Source of the DNA: Paracoccaceae bacterium
GTDB taxonomy: Bacteria; Pseudomonadota; Alphaproteobacteria; Rhodobacterales; Rhodobacteraceae
Assembly: GCA_965277275.1 (NCBI GenBank)
Contig: CBDICG010000002.1
Span: 2,322,850 to 2,386,849, forward strand
DNA: 64,000 nt
Direction: 5' to 3'
In this document: positions 47,740 through 57,881 of the stretch, one piece after another
How positions within the stretch are numbered: the first letter of the stretch is position 1
Layout: each line of letters begins with the position of its first letter
Notes under the pieces: generated by a model
Databases searched by the model: none
What the model saw: only the letters and a program-made list of their open reading frames with translations
What the model was told of the DNA's origin: nothing
Program-made: the position numbers and the translations under genes

Positions 47740-48450
47740 GCCGGTCCTTTGGGAAACGCCCTCAGCGCCACCGTTTCGAGCGGCATGGGGCGCAGCACTG
47801 GCCCTGTCGCAGCGCAGGCCTCGCGCGGGGCTTCCGAGCGATCCGCCGAGATGGTCCGCACCTGAACCTCACCGAAACGCTCCACGAGGTCGCGGGCCAT
47901 CGCCAGCCCGGTCTCGTCGCCATCAAGCCGTTGATCCAAAAGCATCGCGTCGGGCGGGATGCCGGGATCCACGATAGGGCTCAGCACCTCCGCCGGGCTC
48001 GGGGCCCCCAGCGGCCCCACGCTGCAACCATTGTGCAACTCAGCAAGCGCCCCGCACACGATCAGCCCCGGGGCCGACACGGCAACAAAAGCGCGGGCAT
48101 ACGCGTCCGACCAACCGCCCCTTGAGGGTCCCTGCAAGGTGCTTGGCCAGCCGCGCGAAGGGCATCCCGCTCCGACAGCTTTCCGGGGCAGGCGGGTCAG
48201 GATCCGGAAGCGCTCGATGCGCCCCAACGGCCGGGTGTCCGCATCGAAGATCACCTCCCGGCGAAGGTTATCGCGCGTCGCGTGGATCATCCGCGCTTGT
48301 CCGTCAGGCAGATTTCCACGGTCCGGGCGCCCGGCGCGCATCAGGCCGGTCACGTCAGCCTGCACAATCACGATGCCGGCATTGGCGCTGCACTGCTCGT
48401 TGATCTTGAGCCGATGGTCACGTTTCTGCGCAGACCCGCAAACGCGAAGG
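47740..48450 (-). pseudogene. PAS-containing hybrid sensor kinase remnant (PAS + receiver, kinase core deleted)
   Basis: LKINEQCSANAGIVIVQADVT..QARMIHATRDNL (PAS-like); PDAMLLDQRLDGDETGLAMAR..ISADRS (receiver). Confidence 0.65.
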
Positions 48451-49052
48451 ACGGGTGCTTCTGCGGGTGCTTGTGCTGCCGGGTTGCCACCCGGGTTTGC
48501 CCTTCTTCCTTTCGAGGGAACGCGAAGCACCGGCTCTGGCCCACGCGGATCATGTAACCCCGGGCTGCCATCCCAACGCTGCGCTTCACGCGCACGTCTG
48601 GCAGCTTCGAGCAAAACCGCTCGGTGTAGAGCGAGAGCACGTCGCTCGCCCCGGGGAGCGCACGCCCCGCGCGCACTGCCTCCACCGCGCTAAAAGGAGC
48701 CGCCCGCGTCCCGGTCGTTGTACAGCAGACAGTGAGACCGTCCGCGGGAAGTGCCGAACAGGCGATGCACGGAGCGAAGGGCATGTGGCAAAGCGAAAGA
48801 GAACGGGACAGCAAGGTCGGGTTCAAGCACCGCGTGCAGCTCTCCCGCGAAGTGTGGGTGCGACGCGGGCAAGCGCGCTGTCCGGATTGTGGGGGCGCTA
48901 CAGACGCGTGCTCAAGGTCGCTGACAAGGGTCAGGGCGGGTATCGTGCAGGGCCGTGTGTATCAGGGAGCCAATCCTGGCCCCGCCGCTCGTGTCAGCCA
49001 CAAGGCCTTGATCGCATGTGGCGGGGCCAGGCCGATGGCGCGGTGGCCGCGA

Positions 49053-49535
49053 TCAGGCGCCTGCGCCCGCCCCATCCTCGCCCACTCCGTCCTTCTTGGC
49101 CCTGTCCTTGCTCACCACTCCCTTGCCTGCCCTGTCCTCATCCGTCCCGTCATCGCCCGCCAGATCGCTCAGGATCGGGCAATCGGGCCGTGCGTCGCCA
49201 TGACAAGACTCTACGAGCTCCCCAAGTGTTTCCCGCATGCCCTGCAATTGCGCGATCTTGCCGTCGATCGCCGAAAGATGCTCGCGGGCGATGGCCTTTA
49301 CTTGCGCACTCTCGCGCCCCTCGTCCTCGTACAGGCCCAAAAGCGCGCGGCAATCCTCGATGGAAAAGCCGAGCGCCCGCGCCCGGCCCAGAAACGCCAG
49401 CTTGTGCAGATCCCGTTCCGCAAACGCCCGGTAGCCGTTCGCACCGCGGGCCGGGCGGATCAGCCCGATCTCTTCGTAGTAGCGGATCGTCTTGGCCGGA
49501 AGGCCCGACCTTTCCGCCACTTCCCCAATATTCAC
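49053..49535 (-). CDS. cueR: Cu(I)-responsive MerR-family regulator CueR
   Basis: MNIGEVAERSGLPAKTIRYYE; CHGDARPDC metal loop; directly downstream of copA. Confidence 0.95.
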   Translation of the reverse strand: MNIGEVAERSGLPAKTIRYYEEIGLIRPARGANGYRAFAERDLHKLAFLGRARALGFSIEDCRALLGLYEDEGRESAQVKAIAREHLSAIDGKIAQLQGMRETLGELVESCHGDARPDCPILSDLAGDDGTDEDRAGKGVVSKDRAKKDGVGEDGAGAGA

Positions 49536-49544
49536 ATCCGCCCC

Positions 49545-52112
49545 CTATTCCGCTGGCTGCGCCCGCTCGGTGCGCGTCTCCGTTGGGGCGCCCGCTTCGC
49601 CTTGCATTAGCGGTGCATGTGCCTGCGCGGCGGTGACCGCGGGTGAGCCGGGCGCGACCCCCAGCACCGGTCGGAGCCGCCGCAGCCGCAGCGCATTGCT
49701 CAGCACCGACACCGACGACAGCGCCATCGCACCGGCGGCAAACATCGGCGACAGGAGCAGCCCAAACGCCGGGTAGAGCACACCCGCCGCCACCGGGATC
49801 AGCGCCACGTTATAGCCAAAGGCCCAGACGAGGTTCTGCCGGATGTTGGCCATCGTCCGCTGCGACACGGCGGCGGCGTTAACCACGCCGCGCAGATCCC
49901 CCGACATCAGCACGACATCGGCGGATTCGATGGCCACGTCGGTTCCTGTGCCGATGGCAATGCCGACATCGGCATGAGCGAGCGCCGGGGCGTCGTTGAT
50001 CCCGTCCCCCACGAACGCCACGCGGCGCCCGCCCCGCCGCAGCGCATCGAGCGCGGCGACCTTGTCTTGTGGCAACACGTCGGCAACGACGTCGTCGATG
50101 CCGGTCTCGTGCGCAATCGCGCGCGCGGTTTCTTCCTTGTCTCCCGTGATCATCGCCACGTGATAGCCCGCCGCGTGCAGTGCCCGGATGGCCTCGGCGC
50201 TCGATGGCTTCACCGGATCGGCGATGCCGGCGATGGCAGCCAGCCTGCCGTCGACCGCTGCGTAGATCACCGTCCGCCCCTGTGCCGCGAGGCCCTGAGC
50301 CGTTGCGCCAAACGCCGAGACGTCCACGCCCTCGCGCGCCATCAGCCGTGCCGAGCCCACCGCGATCCGGCGCCCCTCCACCTCTCCGCCAGCGCCCGTC
50401 CCGGCAACCACATGGAACCCGTCGACCGGTGGCACCGCGATACCGGCGGCGCGCGCCCGGCGCAGCACGGCGTCCGCCACGGGATGTTCCGAGCGGGTCT
50501 CGACCGCCGCGACCCAGCGCAACACGGCGTCCGCACCGAAGCCGTCCGCGACCTCCAGATCGGTGAGCGTCGGTTTGCCCTCGGTCACTGTCCCGGTCTT
50601 GTCAAACGCGATGACGTCGACACCGGAGAGTGCCTGCAATGCGTCGCCCTTCCGGAAGAGCACGCCCATCTCCGCCGCGCGGCCCGTGCCGACCATGATC
50701 GATGTCGGCGTCGCCAGCCCCATCGCGCATGGGCACGCGATGATCAGAACGGACACGCCCGCAACCAGCGCGAAGGTCAGCACCGGGGCGGGGCCAAGCG
50801 CAAGCCACAGCGCGACCGTCAGCGCCGCCACCCCCATCACCGCGGGCACGAACCAGAGTGTTACGCGATCCACCAGGCCCTGGATCGGCAGCTTGGCACC
50901 CTGCGCCTCTTCAACCATCCGGATGATCTGCGCCAGCGTCGTGTCCGCCCCCACGCGTGTCACCTGCATCGTCAGGCCGCCGGTGCCGTTCACCGTCCCG
51001 CCGGTGAGCCCCGCGCCGACGGTCTTGGTGACGGGGATCGGCTCTCCCGTGATCATGCTTTCATCGACCGTCCCGCCGCCTTCGGTGACAGCTCCGTCCG
51101 CCGGAATGCGCTCACCGGGCCGGATCAGCACCGCATCGCCGACCCGGAGAGCCGCGATGTCGACGTCGTGCGCCACCCCGTCGCGCAGCACCCGCGCCGT
51201 GCGCGCCTGCAGGCCCAGAAGCGCTTCGATGGCCGCCCCCGTGCGCCCGCGCGCCCGCGCTTCGAGCCACCGCCCCACGAGGATCAGAACGACAATCACC
51301 GCCGCTGCCTCGAAATAGACCGCCCGCACATCCGCGGGCAAAAGCCCCGGCAGGAACGTCGCGACCACGGAAAAGCCCCAGGCCGCGCCGGTTCCCACGG
51401 CGACGAGGCTGTTCATGTCCGGGGCGCCCTTCATCAGCGCGGGGATCCCCTTGGCATAGAACACCCGCCCGGGGCCAAAGAGAACAAGCGTCGCCAGCAC
51501 GAACTGGATGACCCAGGCGGTCTGCTGCCCGATCGTGCCAGCCACCCAATGATGAAACGCCGGCACAAGATGCCCGCCCATTTCTAGTACGAACACGGGC
51601 AGGGTCAGCGCGGCGGCAATGAGCGCGCCGCGCCGCAGGGCGTGCGCCTCCTCCGCCCGGCGGTCCGCGCGCGATGGCGCGTCGCCCCCATCGGAGACAT
51701 CGGCGGGATAGCCGGCCTCGGTGGCTGCGCGGGCCAACTCCGCCGGCGTGATAGCCCCTTCGAGGTAGGACACGGTTGCGCTCTCGGTCGCCATGTTCAC
51801 CGCCGCCGTCACGACCCCCGGTGCCGTAGCCAGTGCGCGTTCGGCGCGCCCGACGCACCCGCCGCACGACATCCCGCCGACGCGCAGGGTCACGTGGCCG
51901 ATCCGCGCAGGATAGCCGAGCTCCGCGAGCGCGGCGACCACGCCCTCAAGCGCTGCCGGACGCTCCAGCACCAGCTCCGCGCTCTGTGTCGCGAGGTTGA
52001 CGGACGCGCCGCGCACCCCGTCGAGCGCGACAAGCGCCCGCTCCACACGCCCCACGCAGGAGGCACAGGACATCCCGTCGATCAAAAGGCGGATGGGGGC
52101 GGGCGAGGTCAT
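49545..52112 (-). CDS. copA: Cu(I)-translocating P1B-type ATPase with two HMA domains
   Basis: GMSCASC, GMSCGGC, TGE, CPC, DKTGT, HP, GDGIND, YN..IP, MALSS. Confidence 0.97.
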   Translation of the reverse strand: MTSPAPIRLLIDGMSCASCVGRVERALVALDGVRGASVNLATQSAELVLERPAALEGVVAALAELGYPARIGHVTLRVGGMSCGGCVGRAERALATAPGVVTAAVNMATESATVSYLEGAITPAELARAATEAGYPADVSDGGDAPSRADRRAEEAHALRRGALIAAALTLPVFVLEMGGHLVPAFHHWVAGTIGQQTAWVIQFVLATLVLFGPGRVFYAKGIPALMKGAPDMNSLVAVGTGAAWGFSVVATFLPGLLPADVRAVYFEAAAVIVVLILVGRWLEARARGRTGAAIEALLGLQARTARVLRDGVAHDVDIAALRVGDAVLIRPGERIPADGAVTEGGGTVDESMITGEPIPVTKTVGAGLTGGTVNGTGGLTMQVTRVGADTTLAQIIRMVEEAQGAKLPIQGLVDRVTLWFVPAVMGVAALTVALWLALGPAPVLTFALVAGVSVLIIACPCAMGLATPTSIMVGTGRAAEMGVLFRKGDALQALSGVDVIAFDKTGTVTEGKPTLTDLEVADGFGADAVLRWVAAVETRSEHPVADAVLRRARAAGIAVPPVDGFHVVAGTGAGGEVEGRRIAVGSARLMAREGVDVSAFGATAQGLAAQGRTVIYAAVDGRLAAIAGIADPVKPSSAEAIRALHAAGYHVAMITGDKEETARAIAHETGIDDVVADVLPQDKVAALDALRRGGRRVAFVGDGINDAPALAHADVGIAIGTGTDVAIESADVVLMSGDLRGVVNAAAVSQRTMANIRQNLVWAFGYNVALIPVAAGVLYPAFGLLLSPMFAAGAMALSSVSVLSNALRLRRLRPVLGVAPGSPAVTAAQAHAPLMQGEAGAPTETRTERAQPAE

Positions 52113-52142
52113 GGCGGTGCGTTGGCTCCTTGCGTGACGTGG

Positions 52143-52173
52143 TATATAGAGCTTCCAGTCACTGGAAGCTCAA
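52143..52173 (-). promoter_or_regulatory. MerR-type copA promoter with CueR operator
   Basis: Minus strand TTGAGC-N19-TATATA; perfect dyad GAGCTTCCAG-tca-CTGGAAGCTC at 52149-52171. Confidence 0.9.
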
Positions 52174-52539
52174 GCCCCATCCCCGCATCGGGACAGATTG
52201 TCCGCCGTTCCCGCCCCCCGGTCCCCATCCACGGTCGGTCGTGGCCAGCGCGGCGTACCGCGAACCAGCCCCGCGCACCGCCCCCGCACCATGCCTGCAT
52301 CTGCGGCTGCCCCGCCCAATCGGACACCGCCAGTCCGCCGTGCCAGCATGCCTTGCCCCGCGCCCGCGGGTTCGAGTGCCGGTGGCGGGCTGGCCCACCC
52401 CGTGCCCCTCGAAGCCAGAAGCGCTGTCCCCAAGCCTGCCCTGCCACCGCTGCCCGGCGCCCCCTTGCCAGCCCCCCGGCACGCCTCTGCAAGGCTCGCA
52501 GCGGGGGGGGACAAGGTGGGGGCAGGCCCGCGAAGAGGG

Positions 52540-53712
52540 TCAGCCGATCCTCTCGCCGCCCCGCCAGACCCCCCGCACAACAGGGGTTTCGCCGTGCAAG
52601 CCCACCCGTACGAGATCCGCCAGCGCCCCCGGCGCGATGCGGCCGCGATCCGTGAGGCCCACGGCATCGGCCGGGTTCTTCGTGACGGTCGCGATCGCGC
52701 GGGGCAGGTCGCCCCAGATCTCGGCCAGCCGGAATGCGCTGCGCAGCAGGGCCGAGGGCACATAGTCCGACGAGACGATGTCCAGCAGGTCCGCCCGCGC
52801 GAGGTCCTCCGCTGCGACGTTGCCGGAATGCGAGCCGCCGCGCAGCAGATTGGGCGCACCCATGATGATCGCTTGCCCCCCCGCCCGGCAGGCCGCCGCG
52901 GCTTCGGCTGTCGTGGGAAACTCCGCGATCCGGGCGCCGTTCTGCAGGGAGGTCGCCACGTCGGCGTCGGTGGTGTCGTCGTGGCTGGCGAGCACGGCCC
53001 CGAAACGATGCGCGGCCGCCACCGTCGCGCGGTCATGGGCATCGCCGACCACGGCCCGCCGTTCGAGCCGGCGCGCGACCATCTCGTCGAACGCCGCGTC
53101 CGAGATCGCGTGCCGCCCGGTGTGATATCGCTTGAACGTCGGCAGATCGCGGAATTGTCGCTGACCGGGCGTGTGATCCATCAGGCTGACAAGGCGGATC
53201 CGGTCTTCGGGGCCGAACTCCGCCAACTCGTCGATCAGCGAAACCGAGCAGACCTCGGCGCGCAAATGCACCATGTGCCGGATCCTCAACGCCCCGGCGG
53301 CGCGCAGCTCTGCAAGTTCGCTCGCGACCTCACGGGCATAGCGGCTGAGGCCCCCTTCCCCCTTGTCCGATCCAACCCGCAGCGCGTCGAACACTGTCGT
53401 GATCCCCGTCGAGGCCAGCTCGCCATCGTGCGCGAGGATGGCCGCGAGGTGCGGAAAGTGGACACCGGGGCGTGGCTGCATGTGCCGCTCAAGGTTGTCC
53501 GTGTGCAGCTCGATGAGCCCCGGCAGAAGGAAATCGCCAGCGCAGTCAATCGCCCCATCGCGCGTTGCATCCGGCTCGATCTCGGCAATGCGATCCCCAA
53601 CCACGATGATCCCGCCCGTCAGGACGCGATCCGGCAGTACCAGCCGCGCATTCGCAAGCCGCAGTGGCGCCACGCGGGTGGAAGGTGGCGCGGTGGTCAC
53701 GGGTGCGGTCAT
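52540..53712 (-). CDS. phnM: Alpha-D-ribose 1-methylphosphonate 5-triphosphate diphosphatase
   Basis: PGLIELHTDNLE, SLMDHTPGQRQF, ASHDDT, GAPNLLRGGSHSGN, SSDYVP. Confidence 0.95.
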   Translation of the reverse strand: MTAPVTTAPPSTRVAPLRLANARLVLPDRVLTGGIIVVGDRIAEIEPDATRDGAIDCAGDFLLPGLIELHTDNLERHMQPRPGVHFPHLAAILAHDGELASTGITTVFDALRVGSDKGEGGLSRYAREVASELAELRAAGALRIRHMVHLRAEVCSVSLIDELAEFGPEDRIRLVSLMDHTPGQRQFRDLPTFKRYHTGRHAISDAAFDEMVARRLERRAVVGDAHDRATVAAAHRFGAVLASHDDTTDADVATSLQNGARIAEFPTTAEAAAACRAGGQAIIMGAPNLLRGGSHSGNVAAEDLARADLLDIVSSDYVPSALLRSAFRLAEIWGDLPRAIATVTKNPADAVGLTDRGRIAPGALADLVRVGLHGETPVVRGVWRGGERIG

Positions 53713-54107
53713 ATCAACCTCTCGGCCAGGGATGTGTCAGGGAATGCCGCACGGGGCATGCCACGGGCGGTCGTAGGCGAACAGAGGCGCGGCAGGACGG
53801 CAAGAGGCGCAGCAGGTCCCCGCGCCGATCTCTGTGCGGCAGTCGCCGGAGCCGTCACAGCCGTCGCACCCGAGCGGTCCAACGCACCGGCTCTGCGCGC
53901 CATGCGCAAGGCTGCTGCAACAGGCAGGCCCGATGCCCGGCCCCGGGCCAGCGCAGACGGCAGAGCCCGCGCAATGCGCGCGTGGTCCTCGCGGCCAACG
54001 CCCCGAGCCCGACGCCAACGCTCCTCACCGGATCGGACAGGCGCGCCCGCAAGGGCCAGGGCGTGGTCCACACGATAGGGCCTGCCCGGAGCGGCGCCCG
54101 ACCGCAT
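53709..54107 (-). other. Possible 132-aa Ala/Arg-rich ORF filling the phnN-phnM spacer
   Basis: TGATG overlap with the phnN stop and ATGA overlap with the phnM start; no recognisable motif. Confidence 0.3.
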
Positions 54108-54649
54108 CACGCCCGCACCCCGTCCAGGATCGCGAGGGCGGCGCGTACCGCGTCCTCCAGCGTTCCCTCGTTGCGGATCTCGTGCTGGTCCAGCCCGTCG
54201 GGAAGCGGAGCGCCGGGGCGGGCCAGCCGCGCCGCGATGTCGTCCGCCGTTTCGCGCCCCCGGCCCGCGAGCCGCGCCGCGAGCACGTCGGGCGACGCCG
54301 TCACGTGCAGGACAACGAGCGCCGGAAACACCCGCCCGGCCTCCGTCAGAACTCCGCGCGAGAGGTTCACGAGGCGCTCTGCTCCGGTCTGCACATCGGC
54401 CAAGGCAGACGCGGGGATGCCGTAGCACAGCCCATGTGCCTGCCACGTAAGGCAAAACTTCCCCGCCGCCCGGCGGGCCTCGAACAGAGCCGCGTCGATC
54501 CCCTCGAAGGGCTCTCCGCCTTTCTCCGATGGCCGGGTGATTGCCCGCCGCACCGGGTGCAGCGCAGGCCGCGCGGCGGCCAGCCCGGCGATCACGCTGT
54601 CCTTGCCGGCGCCCGAGGGGCCGACCACTGCGATCAGCCGGCCACTCAT
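54107..54649 (-). CDS. phnN: Ribose 1,5-bisphosphokinase
   Basis: [42 protein letters not shown]; ATGA-coupled to phnL. Confidence 0.95.
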   Translation of the reverse strand: MSGRLIAVVGPSGAGKDSVIAGLAAARPALHPVRRAITRPSEKGGEPFEGIDAALFEARRAAGKFCLTWQAHGLCYGIPASALADVQTGAERLVNLSRGVLTEAGRVFPALVVLHVTASPDVLAARLAGRGRETADDIAARLARPGAPLPDGLDQHEIRNEGTLEDAVRAALAILDGVRA

Positions 54650-55329
54650 GCCGCCCGATCCGGCGTGAAGGTCGAGACGTCGACCGCCCGGTCGCACACC
54701 CGAGCCCGCGCGTCCGCGTCGTGGAAGATGCCGACAATGGCCGCGCCGCGCTCCTTGGCTTCCTCGATGAGGCGAAGCACGACCTCGCGGTTGGCGCCAT
54801 CGAGGCTGGCGGTCGGCTCGTCGAGCAGCAGAGCGGGGTAGGGGTGGATGAAGCCGCGCGCCACGTTCACACGCTGCTGCTCGCCGCCCGAGAAGGTGGT
54901 GGGCGAGAGGGGCCAGAGCCGCTCGGGCAGGTTCAGGCGCGCCAGCAGCGCGCGCGCGGACGCCTCCGCCGCGTCCCGCCCGACACCGGTCGCGCGCAGC
55001 GGCTCGGCCACCACCTCGACCGTTGGCACCCGGGGGATCACCCGCAAGAACTGGCTGACGTAGCCGAGGGTCGTGCGCCGCAACTCCAGGATCTCGTGCG
55101 GGGCCGCGCCAACGACCTCCTGCCCGGCGACCCGGATCGACCCGGCTTCGGCGAGGTAATTGCCGTAGATCAGCCGCATCAGCGTGGATTTCCCGGCACC
55201 CGATGCGCCGGTCAGCGCCACGCACTCCCCCGCGCCAACTGTCAGCGTGGCCCCCTTCAGAACGGGGATCGCAACGCCCCCCTGATTGTGCAGCGTGAAG
55301 GATTTCGACAGGTCGGTCAGGTCAATCAT
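54646..55329 (-). CDS. phnL: C-P lyase ABC-type ATPase PhnL
   Basis: [51 protein letters not shown]. Confidence 0.96.
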   Translation of the reverse strand: MIDLTDLSKSFTLHNQGGVAIPVLKGATLTVGAGECVALTGASGAGKSTLMRLIYGNYLAEAGSIRVAGQEVVGAAPHEILELRRTTLGYVSQFLRVIPRVPTVEVVAEPLRATGVGRDAAEASARALLARLNLPERLWPLSPTTFSGGEQQRVNVARGFIHPYPALLLDEPTASLDGANREVVLRLIEEAKERGAAIVGIFHDADARARVCDRAVDVSTFTPDRAA

Positions 55330-55384
55330 CGGCAAAGGTCCTTCGGCGAGGGGGCAGTGCGTGCCGCCGGCCCCGGCACAACCG

Positions 55385-55690
55385 GTGCGCAGGCAAGCCC
55401 TTGCAGGCTGCCAGTGCCGTCTGCCCCCCAACCAGCCCGCCAACCCGCCCGGGGCGCGCGGGCGACATGTGAGCCGTAGGCCAGCCGCGCGGGCACACCG
55501 GGGCCCTGTGCAAAGGCAGGCCACGGAGGCCCGATGGGTGCGCAGGCAGGCCCTTGCATGCTGCCAGAGCCGTCTGCCCCCCAACCAGCCCGCCAACCCG
55601 CCCGGGGCGCGCGGGCGACAAGTGCGCCGTAGGCCAGCCGCGCGGGCACACGGGTGCCCTGTGCAAAGGCAATTGACGAAGGCCCGATGG
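55385..55690. repeat. Imperfect 153-bp tandem duplication (2 copies) in the phnK-phnL spacer
   Basis: Units start at 55385 and 55538; a third GTGCG begins at 55691. Confidence 0.9.
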
Positions 55691-55953
55691 GTGCGTTCCG
55701 GCGCACATCGCCCCACGCTGCAAGTGCGGGCCGGGCGCGTGAGGGCGGTGCACCGATCGGTGCTTCGCGTGGGATGGCGGCGCGGGGCAGCGCACGCGCG
55801 GCCTGCGCGCGAAAAGCCTTTCCGGCCCGCTCCCCAGTGCCGCTGGCGCGGCAGCCGTGCCGGCCATCGGCCGGGCGGCAGCAGGCGCGCGCCGCGTCAG
55901 GATGCGCGCCGGGCGATGAGCCGGATCTGGAGGAATACGCGATCCGCATCAGC

Positions 55954-56724
55954 TCACACCTGCAGGACCGATGACACGAGGAGCTGGGTATACGCATGTT
56001 GCGGATCGTCGAGCACCTGATCCGTCAGCCCGGCCTCCACCACATGCCCGTCCTTCATCACCATCAGCCGGTGCGCGAGCAGGCGCACCACGGCGAGGTC
56101 GTGGGTCACCACGATTGCCGAGAGCCCCATGTCGCGCACCAGACCACGCAACAGATCCAGCAACCGCGCCTGCACCGACACGTCGAGCCCGCCCGTGGGC
56201 TCGTCCATGAAGACCAGCCGTGGCCCGCTCACGAGGTTGCGCGCGATCTGGAGCCGCTGCTGCATCCCGCCCGAGAAGGTCGACGGCCTGTCATCGACCC
56301 GCGCCTCCGCGATTTCGACCCGCCCGAGCCAATCCACCGCCATGCCCCGGATCTCGCCGTAGTGCCGCGCGCCCACGGCCATCAGCCGCTCGCCCACGTT
56401 GCCCCCGGCGGAAATGGCCATGCGCAACCCGTCGCGCGGGTTCTGGTGCACGAAGGCCCAATCGGTGCGCCCCAGCATCCGTCGCTCCGGCTCGGTCATC
56501 GTCAGCACGTCGCGCGGCCCGTTGATCCGCGTGTCGAAGATCACCGCGCCCGCGTCGGGTACGAGGTGCCCCGCAAGGCAGTTGAGCAGGGTCGACTTGC
56601 CGGATCCGCTCTCCCCGACAATCCCGACGACCTCCCCGGGGAAGAGCTCGAACGTCACGTCGCGACACCCGACATGCGCCCCGTAGGTCTTGCTGAGGCC
56701 GCGAACGGACAGGAGCGGGGTCAC
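55954..56724 (-). CDS. phnK: C-P lyase ABC-type ATPase PhnK
   Basis: GESGSGKS, HQNPRDGL, FSGGMQQRLQIA, MDEPTGGLDVSVQA, YTQLLVSS. Confidence 0.97.
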   Translation of the reverse strand: MTPLLSVRGLSKTYGAHVGCRDVTFELFPGEVVGIVGESGSGKSTLLNCLAGHLVPDAGAVIFDTRINGPRDVLTMTEPERRMLGRTDWAFVHQNPRDGLRMAISAGGNVGERLMAVGARHYGEIRGMAVDWLGRVEIAEARVDDRPSTFSGGMQQRLQIARNLVSGPRLVFMDEPTGGLDVSVQARLLDLLRGLVRDMGLSAIVVTHDLAVVRLLAHRLMVMKDGHVVEAGLTDQVLDDPQHAYTQLLVSSVLQV

Positions 56725-57605
56725 GGCGCGCCCTCCGTCCCGGATGACACCATGGCCGCCATCGCCACCTCCCCTTCAAAGCCAGCCGCCCGGCGGCGCG
56801 CGCAGAAATCGGTGTCCGAGCAGGCATAGAGGCGCCCGCCCGCGTCGTCGGTGATGATCTCGTCGAGGTAGCTCTCTTCGGCCCCGCAGAGCCCGCAGGG
56901 GTGTGGCGCCTTCGAGGGATCGAAGGGGTGGTCGTCGAAGTCGAGGGACACGGCGCGCGTGAACGGGGGCAGGGCATAGATCCGCTGCTCACGCCCCGCC
57001 CCGAAGAGCTGCAACGCGCGGCTCTCGAGCTTGGGATTGTCGAACTTCGGGATCGGCGAGGGATCCATCACGTACCGCCCCTCGACCCGCACGGGATAGG
57101 CGTAGGCGGTCGATATGTGGCCGTGCCGTGCGATGTCCTCGTAGAGCTTGACGTGCATCGCGCCGTATTCCTCCAGCGCGTGCATCTTGCGCGTCTCCGT
57201 CTCGCGCGGCTCCAGAAAGCGCAGCGGCTCGGGGATCGGCACCTGGTAGACGAGGATCTGGTCGTCGCGCAGCGTCTCTTCGGGGATGCGGTGCCGGGTC
57301 TGGATGACGCTCGCCTGAGCCGTCACGGTTGTCGTCGCCACGCCTGCCGTTTTCTCGAAAAACTTGCGGATCGACACGGCATTCGTGGTGTCGTCCGCGC
57401 CCTGGTCGATCACCTTGAGCGTGTCATCCGGTGTCAGTGTGGCCGCCGTCACCTGAACGCCGCCCGTCCCCCAGCCATAGGGCATCGGCATCTCGCGCGA
57501 GGCAAACGGCACCTGGTAGCCCGGAATTGCGACAGCCTTGAGCAGAGCGCGGCGGAGCATTCGCTTGGTCTGCTCGTCGAGATAGGCAAAGTTGTACTCA
57601 GACAT
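56721..57605 (-). CDS. phnJ: C-P lyase glycyl-radical/radical-SAM subunit PhnJ
   Basis: YNFAYLDEQTKR, PYGWGTGG, CGLCG..ACSDTDFC (CX2CX21C pattern). Confidence 0.97.
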   Translation of the reverse strand: MSEYNFAYLDEQTKRMLRRALLKAVAIPGYQVPFASREMPMPYGWGTGGVQVTAATLTPDDTLKVIDQGADDTTNAVSIRKFFEKTAGVATTTVTAQASVIQTRHRIPEETLRDDQILVYQVPIPEPLRFLEPRETETRKMHALEEYGAMHVKLYEDIARHGHISTAYAYPVRVEGRYVMDPSPIPKFDNPKLESRALQLFGAGREQRIYALPPFTRAVSLDFDDHPFDPSKAPHPCGLCGAEESYLDEIITDDAGGRLYACSDTDFCARRRAAGFEGEVAMAAMVSSGTEGAP

Positions 57606-57624
57606 CGCAAACCCCGAGGCCGGC

Positions 57625-57879
57625 ATGGCGCAATTGATCTTCAGCGTGGTGTGGACCCTCGGGGCCACGGTGGTGGCGATCGCGCTCTTTCGCCAAGCGG
57701 GTGGCGAGGGGGTCGGTGCGCTCGGCCTTGCGCTCCTCCTGATGTTTCCCGCGGCGGGTGGCTTCTTCATGTGGGAAAGCTGGCGCCGCCTGCGTCGGCG
57801 CCGCAGCCTGCGCCGCACCCGCGACCCGCGCGACGATTGGGACGCCTCCGATGGCGACGGGGACGGGGGCGGCGACTAG
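57625..57879 (+). CDS. Small two-TM membrane protein, antisense to the phn operon (84 aa)
   Basis: GAGG RBS; very high GC3 in this frame; two hydrophobic helices, Arg-rich stretch, acidic DGDGDGGGD tail. Confidence 0.75.
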   Translation: MAQLIFSVVWTLGATVVAIALFRQAGGEGVGALGLALLLMFPAAGGFFMWESWRRLRRRRSLRRTRDPRDDWDASDGDGDGGGD

Positions 57880-57881
57880 GC

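Noticed and set aside
48690-48872. Short ORF possibly from a FIST or sensor gene of the decayed cluster
   Set aside because: Cannot assign a family with confidence.
54107-55225. 372-aa ORF suggesting an N-terminally extended PhnN
   Set aside because: The upstream part is an off-frame overlap with phnL; real phnN starts at 54649 by ATGA coupling.
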